From positions 1 to 6,211 of the forward strand of contig JAWQFM010000006.1 of NCBI GenBank assembly GCA_033442325.1: a stretch of DNA of 6,211 bases, written 5' to 3'. This DNA is from Salpingoeca rosetta. Lineage: Eukaryota; Protista; Choanoflagellata. Below, piece after piece: positions 1 to 6,211 of the stretch. Position numbers and translations under genes: made by a program. Under the pieces are notes generated by a model, which did not search any database, was not told where the DNA came from, and worked only from the letters and a program-made list of their open reading frames with translations. Position 1 is the first letter of the stretch; the number at the start of each line of letters is the position of its first letter.

Positions 1-349
1 CAAGAGGGGTGCTTGTGGTTAAGCAAGGGGGAAAACAAGAGACAAGGGCAACAGACGTAACACAGCATGCAGGCATGTGTCGTGCCGTCATCTTAGTTGA
101 TGACGGTACCGTGCCAAGGGCTCGGGATCGCCGCCGAGAGGCAAGCAGTTCCGAGGCACTGGGCACGGCGTGACACGACACAGGCAAACGCTACTATACG
201 ACACTCACGAGTTAAACATGACGTCAATCAGGCTAAACATGACATCAAACATTAGGAGAACAAAGAACATGCAAGGCAGTACGGTGCCGCGAAGGGCAAG
301 GAAGGGAAAACAATGGGACACAGCGGGGCAAGGTGCAGGGAACGGGGAG

Positions 350-415
<66 letters not shown>

Positions 416-444
416 GCAGGGGGAGGCAGGCGAGCGACGTTACA
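1..444 (-). repeat. 3' LTR (partial; about 153 bp expected left of the window)
   Basis: Identical to 5405-5839 except one missing G near position 4 and (GA)30 vs (GA)25. Begins TGTAACG on the minus strand at 444, directly after the PPT. Confidence 0.96.
353..412. repeat. (GA)30 microsatellite inside the 3' LTR
   Basis: Perfect dinucleotide run. Confidence 0.98.
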
Positions 445-458
445 CCTTCCCCCTCTCT
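445..458 (-). promoter_or_regulatory. Polypurine tract (plus-strand synthesis primer)
   Basis: Minus strand reads AGAGAGGGGGAAGG (14 purines) immediately before the TG of the 3' LTR, just after the pol stop at 473-475. Confidence 0.92.
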
Positions 459-472
459 AAGACGGCTTGCCC

Positions 473-2401
473 TCAAGCCGATGCGTTGCGCGAGGCCTGA
501 TGCCACTCCATGATCAGTGAACGCACGTCGCGTGTGAGCTGGTCCTCGTTGATCCAAGTGCTGTCGTTGATGTCGTAGCCGGCCCACTTGATCAGGTACT
601 GCCTCTTGCCGCGTCGGACTCGCTCGTCGAGGATGCGTTCCACCTCGTATTCGTCCGATTCGCCGTCCGGCAGGGGTGGTGGTTCGTCATTGGGGCGCGT
701 GTTGAAGTCTGACGGGCTGTTGACACACGGCTTGGTCTTGGTGACGTTGACGACCGGGTGCGCCCGCACGTGGCTGGGGAACCGGAGTCGCACGGTCGTG
801 CGCGACGGCATGTCGATGACAGTGAAGGGGCCTTGCCAGCGGGGCTTCAGCTTGTCCTTGGGTCGTCGCTGGTTGGCCTGGTCGACGAAGAGGTCAGCGG
901 TGACCCATGCCTGATCGCCGGGACTATATTTGATGTCGTCGCTGCGGCGCTGGTCGGCGTACCTCTTCTGCTTGTCCTGTGCCTGGGCGAGGGCGTCTCT
1001 TGCGGCGGTGATGATGCTCTTGAGGCGCACCACGAAGTCCTCGGCTGCAGGTGTGTCCGTGCGGCGTATGGCCTGGCGGGTGACGAGTGTAGCTGGGATA
1101 ATCGGGTGTCGGCCCGTCTCTAGGAAGAACGGAGACTGGCCCGTGGAGTCGCTCTTGCTGTTGTTAAGGGCGAACTCTACCACGGGGAGGAGTGAGTCCC
1201 AGTTGTCCATGCGGTAGTTGACGTAGTGGCGGAGGGTCTGCTCCATGGTGCGGTTCGTCCTTTCTGTTTGGCCGTCGGTCTGCGGGTGCTGCGATGTGGA
1301 GAATTGAAGTCGGGACCCCAGCAAGCGGAAGGTCTCCTTCCAGAAGGCGCCGGTGAAACGGGGATCTCGATCAGACACAACTCTGGCAGGAAGTCCATGG
1401 TGTCGGAACACGTGGAAGATGAACAGCTTAGCCACGTCTCGGCCCGTGCACTTGCTAGTAGTCGCCGCCAGGTGACACCGTTTAGTCAGCCTGTCGACGA
1501 AGACCACGATGGCGTCCTGTCCTGTCCTGGTCCTGGGTAGTCCGGTGACGAGGTCGAGGCTGATATCGGTCCAGGGTTCTCGGGGAACGGGTAGGGGCTG
1601 CAGGGGACCAGGGGCAGCGCCCTGTCTCGGCTTGTGGCGCTGGCAGGATTTGCAGCTCCGCACATAGCGCTCCACGTCCTGCCGCATCCGGGGCCAGTAG
1701 AAGTGGCGCGCTAGCGCCTCGTGGGTACGGTGAATTCCTTGGTGGCCTGCTGTCGGAGTGTCGTGGAACTCAGCCAGAAGCGGCACGCGTGCCGTCTCTG
1801 GTATGCACCAGCGCAGAGGTATGTCCTCCGGGTGCTCCGGGTGCTCCTGGTAGATCAGCAGGTCTTCGTCATTGAGCCCGAAACGGCTGAGCTTCGCCGC
1901 CACGGCAGGCGGTGGTGTCTGGTCGGGGTTCTTCAGCGCCTTGTAGATCGGGCCGAATTCCTCGTCCTCCGCGATGTCGTTGCTGATGCGTTTGACAAGG
2001 TCCGCCGGCGTCGCGGTAGAGATGGCGGCGCATGTGATCTCCTGTGCGTCTGAGTCAGGGATTCTGCTAACGGCGTCGGCAGCTACGTTGGTCTTGCCCT
2101 TGATGTAACGGATGTCGAGGTCGTAGTCGTTCAGGAGCTCTATCCATCGCGCCCATCTGCCGTTCAATGTCTTCTGGGTGGTGATGTTCGTCAGTGAGCG
2201 GTGGTCGGTGAGGATCGTGGTCCGTTTGTCGAGGAGGTACACGCGCCACTTGGTCAGCGCGTAGATCAAGGCGAGGGCCTCCTTGTCCCGCACTGGGTAG
2301 TTGAGCTCCGCGGGCTGGAGTTTCCGGGACTCGTACGCGACTGGCTGCCCATCTTGGAGTAGGACGGCGCCTATCGCTCGGTCTGATGCGTCGGTTGCCA
2401 C
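473..2401 (-). CDS. pol: Pol polyprotein C-terminal part: RNase H, integrase, chromodomain (continuation of pol, not an independent start)
   Basis: RNase H: TDASDRAIGAVL, ESRKL, DKEALA, TDHRSL. Integrase: HHCC finger (HDTPTAGH...CKSC), DDE core (SLDLVTGLP, VSDRDPRF, QTDGQTERTNR), GPF motif (KLKPRWQGPF). Chromodomain at the C-terminus. Confidence 0.96.
   Translation of the reverse strand: MATDASDRAIGAVLLQDGQPVAYESRKLQPAELNYPVRDKEALALIYALTKWRVYLLDKRTTILTDHRSLTNITTQKTLNGRWARWIELLNDYDLDIRYIKGKTNVAADAVSRIPDSDAQEITCAAISTATPADLVKRISNDIAEDEEFGPIYKALKNPDQTPPPAVAAKLSRFGLNDEDLLIYQEHPEHPEDIPLRWCIPETARVPLLAEFHDTPTAGHQGIHRTHEALARHFYWPRMRQDVERYVRSCKSCQRHKPRQGAAPGPLQPLPVPREPWTDISLDLVTGLPRTRTGQDAIVVFVDRLTKRCHLAATTSKCTGRDVAKLFIFHVFRHHGLPARVVSDRDPRFTGAFWKETFRLLGSRLQFSTSQHPQTDGQTERTNRTMEQTLRHYVNYRMDNWDSLLPVVEFALNNSKSDSTGQSPFFLETGRHPIIPATLVTRQAIRRTDTPAAEDFVVRLKSIITAARDALAQAQDKQKRYADQRRSDDIKYSPGDQAWVTADLFVDQANQRRPKDKLKPRWQGPFTVIDMPSRTTVRLRFPSHVRAHPVVNVTKTKPCVNSPSDFNTRPNDEPPPLPDGESDEYEVERILDERVRRGKRQYLIKWAGYDINDSTWINEDQLTRDVRSLIMEWHQASRNASA
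500..652 (-). other. Chromodomain at the integrase C-terminus (approximate bounds)
   Basis: EYEVERILDERVRRGKRQYLIKWAGYDINDSTWINEDQL matches the chromodomain consensus, with the aromatic cage residues Y, W and Y present. Confidence 0.92.
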
Positions 2402-4370
2402 CTCAAATGGCTGGCGCTGGTCAGGGAATGCGAAGTGCAGGTGCTTGTGTCATACGACGCTTCAGCTCCCGGAAGGCCTCCTTCCTGCGGACGGGCCCCA
2501 CTTGAACCCGTTCTTCTTGAGGGCGTCGTTGAGCGGGGCGCAAGAATCTTGGCGTAGTTGGCGATGAAGCGGNNNNNNNNNNNNNNNNNNNNNNNNNNNN
2601 NNNNNNNNNNNNNNNNNNNNNNNNNNNNNNNNNNNNNNNNNNNNNNNNNNNNNNNNNNNNNNNNNNNNNNNNTGGCAGGGTGCATCTTGAGGTGGCCCTG
2701 TCCCACGATGAAGCCTAGGAACTCCACTCCGTCTGGAACAGGTGACACTTGCTCGCCTTGCAGTACAGTCGATGGTCGCGGAGCTTCTGCAATACCTGAC
2801 GGAGGTGCTGCTCATGCTCTTTCTCATTCTTGGAGTAGATGACGAGGTCGTCGATGTAGGGTGCCATGAACTTGTCCATTTCCTGCTTGAAGACGTTGTT
2901 GACGAGGCGTTGGAAGGTCGGGGGTGCGTTGGTCAAGCCAAAGGGCAGCACCAGAAATCGGAAGGTGCCGTAGCGAGTGCGAAAGGTCGTCTTGTCCTCG
3001 TCCCCGGCGCGAATGCGCACTGATGATAACCGGAGCGCAGGTCGAGAGTTGAGAAGATCCCGGGCGTCGCAGAGGCTGTCGATGATGTCATCAATGAGGG
3101 GAAGAGGGTACGAGTCCTTGACTGTCTGGGCATTCAGCTGTCGGTAGTCGATGCACATCCTTCGGGTCCCATCCTTCTTCTTGACGAAGAGGATGGGGGC
3201 GCCGTAAGGACTTGTGCTGGCCTCAATGAGGCCTTTGGCGAGGAGTTCGTCGAGTTGGGTGCGTAGTTCCTTCAGTTCGTCCGTTGACAGGCGGTAGGGT
3301 GCCTTGGAGGGGGGCGTGGCTCCGGGCTTGAGGTCGATGGCATGGTCGATATCGCGGCGGGGCGGCAGTCCTGGAAGCTCTTCGGGGAACACGTCGGCGA
3401 ACTCCTCCAATAGGGCGTTGGTGCGTGGGTCCTCACTGGGTGACGGTGTGGTGTCCATGGAGAGCACAAGGACGAAGGCTGCGTCGACTCCTGACCCTCG
3501 CAGGTCCTTGGCTATCCGCCTGGCGCTCACGAGGTTGATGGTCGCGTTGTCCGTGGAGGGTGGTTGGTCGCTGAGGTCGGTGTCCTGGGCCTCTTGGGTC
3601 TTGGTGTCTTGGTGTCCTTGGGTCTTGGGGGTCTCATCTTGGTCGGTGGTGTCCTGGGGTCCTTGGGTCTTGGGGGTCTCATCTTGGTCGGCGGTCTCTT
3701 GGGTCTCTTGGGTCTTGGTGTCTTGGGGTCCTTGGGTCTTGGGGGTCTCATCTTGGTCGGTGGTGTCCTGGGGTCCTTGGGTCTTGTGGGTCTCATCTTG
3801 GTCGGCGGTGTCTTGGGTNNNNNNNNNNNNNNNNNNNNNNNNNNNNNNNNNNNNNNNNNNNNNNNNNNNNNNNNNNNNNNNNNNNNNNNNNNNNNNNNNN
3901 NNNNNNNNNNNNNNNNNNGGTTCGGGCGCAGCGGTCCTGTCTTGAGGACCACCGTCGACGTCCTTCCAGTCGATGTCAGGGTTCCCAGTCTGCAGCCAGG
4001 GCATGCCGAGAAAGGCGTCGAAGCTGCCCAGCTGACACAGGGTGAACACCAGTCGCTCCTGGTGAGTCCCAATGCGCAAGGTCACTTCCTGCGTGTCGTC
4101 CTTGCTGACATGCCTGGTTCCATTGGCGAAGACAAACTCCACTGGGTACTGGCGTGGTTGGACGGCGATTCCATGGCGAAGGGCGTAGTCTCGGGACAGG
4201 ACGTTCATTCTGCTTCCGGGGTCGATGAGGGTCCTAGCCGGCCGGCCGTCGATGGTTCCACGGAAGGTAAGGAGGCGTGCCTGTGATGTCACTGCATCCG
4301 TGGCTTGCAGCAACACCGCCTCCGTCTCGCCAGTAGGGCTGGCGGGCCCTACTGGCGCGTGCCGTTTCCC
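2402..4370 (-). CDS. pol: Pol polyprotein N-terminal part: aspartic protease, repetitive linker, reverse transcriptase; interrupted by two N gaps and several single-base frameshifts
   Basis: Protease: LIDPGS, FDAFLGMPWL, NPDIDWK. RT: SPYGAPILFVKKKDGTRRMCIDYRQLN, FSTLDLRSGYHQ (alternate frame), LPFGLTNAPPTFQ, YIDD at 2847-2858, VEFLGFIV (alternate frame). Lies in the -1 frame relative to gag. Confidence 0.93.
2573..2672. other. Assembly gap (100 N) in the RT thumb region
   Basis: Run of N, flanked by MHPA and RFIANYAKI. Confidence 0.99.
3579..3818 (-). repeat. In-frame coding tandem repeat: two 114-nt units (45+45+24 nt) plus a partial unit; abuts the N gap
   Basis: Encodes TQDTADQDETHKTQG-PQDTTDQDETPKTQG-PQDTKTQE / TQETADQDETPKTQG-PQDTTDQDETPKTQG-HQDTKTQE / AQDT. 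Confidence 0.95.
3819..3918. other. Assembly gap (100 N) adjoining the tandem repeat
   Basis: Run of N. Confidence 0.99.
4316..4370 (-). promoter_or_regulatory. -1 programmed ribosomal frameshift signal (slippery G GGA AAC plus hairpin/pseudoknot)
   Basis: Heptamer at 4364-4370 in X XXY YYZ register with gag. 6-nt spacer. Perfect 12-bp stem CGCCAGTAGGGC/GCCCTACTGGCG (4328-4357). Loop CCGCC is complementary to GGCGG at 4316-4320. Confidence 0.9.
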
Positions 4371-5200
4371 GACCGACGGTCGCTGGCGTTCAGCGGACAG
4401 TCGGCGGCGAGGTGGCCTTCGCGTCGGCAACGGAAGCAGGCGCCACGGCGCCGAAGCTCGTCGCGCTCTTGGTCAGTCAGTCGGCGGAGGGGGCGCTGGG
4501 CACGGATGGCGTCGATGTCCATGGCGCGGTCGTCGAACTTAGGTGGCTGCGTCGGGGGCGCTCCACGGCGGTAGGACGAGTTGGCCGTGGTGTAGTTGCG
4601 ATCGTAGCGTGAGGCCAGTTGGTAGGCCTGCTCCAGAGTGTCGGGTCCGTGGAAGGAGACTTCCTGGCGGGTGCGCGGCCGCAGTCCGTGGATGAAAGCT
4701 TCAATGCGGTCCAGGCGTGACATGTCGTCGATCTGCACCATCAGCTGTCGGAACTTGAAGACGTAGTCCTGCACGTTGCCGTCTTGGCGCAGTCGACGAA
4801 GTTGGTCCCGCAGTTGGCGTTGCTCATCGATGGTCTTGAAACTCGCGCGGAGTTGCTCCTGAAGCTCATGCATGTTCGTCGGAGCTGGATCGAGGCTGCG
4901 GTACCAGGTGAGGGCGTGCCCTTGCAGGCAGGAGATGGCAAGTAGCAGGCGCTGGTCGTCGTCGTCGATGCGATGGTACCTGACGAAGGTTTCCAAGCAG
5001 AACAGGAAGTCGTCAGCTCGTTCGCCCGTTGCACCCGAGAAGGTCGGTGGTGGTGGCCCGCGTGGTCGACCGGTAGATCGCGTTGGTCCTTGTGGTCCCT
5101 GCTGAGACTCATGCACAGCGTGGTTAAGTTGTGGCGCTTGCGCCATGGTCTGTGTAAGCACGCGCATGTGCTCAATCATCTCGTGCCACTGTTCCTCCAT
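4349..5200 (-). CDS. gag: Gag (capsid plus CCHC zinc-knuckle nucleocapsid), 283 aa
   Basis: ATG 40 nt after the PBS. Retrotransposon Gag motifs PPTFSG, LRQDGNVQDY, FIHGL, AMDID. Zinc knuckle CFRCRREGHLAADC. Confidence 0.95.
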   Translation of the reverse strand: MEEQWHEMIEHMRVLTQTMAQAPQLNHAVHESQQGPQGPTRSTGRPRGPPPPTFSGATGERADDFLFCLETFVRYHRIDDDDQRLLLAISCLQGHALTWYRSLDPAPTNMHELQEQLRASFKTIDEQRQLRDQLRRLRQDGNVQDYVFKFRQLMVQIDDMSRLDRIEAFIHGLRPRTRQEVSFHGPDTLEQAYQLASRYDRNYTTANSSYRRGAPPTQPPKFDDRAMDIDAIRAQRPLRRLTDQERDELRRRGACFRCRREGHLAADCPLNASDRRSGNGTRQ

Positions 5201-5221
5201 GTTGCTGCTTGTCCGTGGTAC

Positions 5222-5237
5222 GTGTGTGTGTGTGTGT
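5222..5237. repeat. (GT)8 microsatellite in the leader between PBS and gag
   Basis: Perfect dinucleotide run. Confidence 0.9.
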
Positions 5238-5240
5238 CAA

Positions 5241-5249
5241 TCGCTACCA
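5241..5249 (-). promoter_or_regulatory. Primer binding site, tRNA-iMet type
   Basis: Minus strand reads ...GTCACA CT TGGTAGCGA, with TGG 2 nt after the LTR end. TGGTAGCG is the start of the yeast Ty1/Ty3 initiator-Met PBS. Confidence 0.8.
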
Positions 5250-5251
5250 AG

Positions 5252-5754
5252 TGTGACGGGACTGTGGTCGAGGTGTGTCGGTGGCTTGTTCTGTGTACTG
5301 ATGTGAAGGTAGACCAGGGAACAAAAGAACTGAACAAGGCACAGACGATCACGTGAGATAAGCGACAACAGGGTGCAGGGCAACACACACGTGCTAGCAG
5401 GCAACAAGGAGGGGTGCTTGTGGTTAAGCAAGGGGGAAAACAAGAGACAAGGGCAACAGACGTAACACAGCATGCAGGCATGTGTCGTGCCGTCATCTTA
5501 GTTGATGACGGTACCGTGCCAAGGGCTCGGGATCGCCGCCGAGAGGCAAGCAGTTCCGAGGCACTGGGCACGGCGTGACACGACACAGGCAAACGCTACT
5601 ATACGACACTCACGAGTTAAACATGACGTCAATCAGGCTAAACATGACATCAAACATTAGGAGAACAAAGAACATGCAAGGCAGTACGGTGCCGCGAAGG
5701 GCAAGGAAGGGAAAACAATGGGACACAGCGGGGCAAGGTGCAGGGAACGGGGAG

Positions 5755-5810
<56 letters not shown>

Positions 5811-5839
5811 GCAGGGGGAGGCAGGCGAGCGACGTTACA
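5252..5839 (-). repeat. 5' LTR, 588 bp
   Basis: TGTAACG...CGTCACA termini (6/7 inverted repeat, TG..CA), followed by the PBS. Direct repeat of 1-444. The left boundary is inferred from the termini and PBS, since the other copy is truncated. Confidence 0.94.
5758..5807. repeat. (GA)25 microsatellite inside the 5' LTR
   Basis: Perfect dinucleotide run. Confidence 0.98.
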
Positions 5840-6211
5840 TGGATGGAGGACACAACAGTGTTTGTGTCTGCAAAGTAGACGAGGTGGCTGTTGCTGCTGC
5901 TGTTGTGGCCGACGTAGATGCCTCGACGACCCTTGGGCTGCAGGCGTCCGCGCTGTGTGCTGATGTGGACGACGGCCGCCTGCCCGAAGACGTGCAGCTG
6001 CGACACGTGCTTGGGCAGCGAGCCCGTGACAATTTGCAGCGGTGTCTTGCCGTAGAGGGAAGGGCGAGGCATGTTGTTGAGGATGTGCAGGGCGTGGTTG
6101 CAGGCGAGGCTCCAGTACGATGCGTCGAGGCCTGCACCCGTGATCATGGCTCGCACCATGTCGGAGAGGGTGCGCACCTGTCGCTTCGACGATGCCGTTC
6201 TGCGCCTGGGT
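5840..6211 (-). mobile_element. Ty1/copia retrotransposon pol fragment (end of integrase core plus downstream SH3-like region), interrupted by the gypsy insertion
   Basis: QNGIVE/RQVRTLSDMVRAM...YWSLACNHALHILNNMP...KTPLQIVTG...LHVFG...RGRLQPKGRRGIYVGH...VVSSIH matches the copia consensus QNGVAER.NRTL...FWAEA...LNR.P...KTP.E..TG...LRVFG...KL.PK...FVGY...SRDV. Confidence 0.88.

Larger units (their letters stand above)
1..5839 (-). mobile_element. Ty3/gypsy (Metaviridae) chromovirus LTR retrotransposon, near full length; 3' LTR truncated by the window edge
   Basis: Direct terminal repeats (1-444 matches 5405-5839), PBS, PPT, gag, and pol with domain order PR-RT-RH-IN-chromodomain, which is diagnostic of gypsy chromoviruses. 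Confidence 0.97.

Noticed and set aside
85-168. Hammerhead ribozyme or SRP RNA helix 8 resemblance (TGATGA; GNRA loop followed by AGCAG)
   Set aside because: No CUGANGA/GAAA core in the junction, as TGATGA lies within a hairpin. The CAGG strand of the SRP motif is absent.
445-472. Extra ORF or env-like gene after pol
   Set aside because: Only 28 nt separate the pol stop from the 3' LTR.
170-587. ORFs with poly-ER or poly-SL tracts (170-460, 252-587, 313-513; also 5718-5963)
   Set aside because: They are translations of the LTR (GA)n microsatellite, with no protein-like content.
3579-3818. Possible CRISPR-like array
   Set aside because: No unique spacers; it is a contiguous in-frame coding tandem repeat in a eukaryotic retroelement.
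4215-4229. Protease active site DPG instead of DTG/DSG as an inactivating or novel change
   Set aside because: DPG variants occur in other Ty3/gypsy proteases; cannot be called defective without other copies.
4371-4430. Predicted start of ORF 2715-4430 as an independent pol start
   Set aside because: Non-ATG start overlapping gag; the -1 frameshift at 4364-4370 explains pol expression better.
588-5356. Many plus-strand ORFs antisense to gag/pol
   Set aside because: Shadow ORFs expected from GC3-biased coding and the stop-poor repeat; no recognisable motifs.
5350-5393. Two CACGTG E-boxes (5350-5355, 5388-5393)
   Set aside because: Hexamers in CA/TG-rich sequence in probable U5; plausible by chance, with no other support.
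5176-5592. 138-aa Cys-rich ORF in the 5' LTR/leader
   Set aside because: Non-ATG start, spans LTR and PBS, and its composition reflects TG/CT-rich LTR sequence.

Overview
Eukaryotic transposon DNA. Almost the whole window is one near full-length Ty3/gypsy chromovirus LTR retrotransposon on the minus strand. Its order is 5' LTR (5252-5839), tRNA-iMet-type PBS, gag with a CCHC knuckle, a -1 frameshift signal (G GGA AAC plus hairpin/pseudoknot), pol (PR-RT-RNaseH-IN-chromodomain), PPT, and a 3' LTR (1-444) cut by the window edge. It is inserted, in the same orientation, into the integrase region of a Ty1/copia element (5840-6211). The LTRs show no substitutions, so the insertion is very young. 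The single-base frameshifts in pol lie mostly near two 100-N gaps and are probably sequence errors. Notable details: a hierarchical T/Q/D-rich tandem repeat between protease and RT, a (TC)n microsatellite in the LTR, a multi-stem structure in the likely R region, and a duplicated forkhead/CRE-like motif in U3. I see no support for a wholly new system beyond these element-level features.
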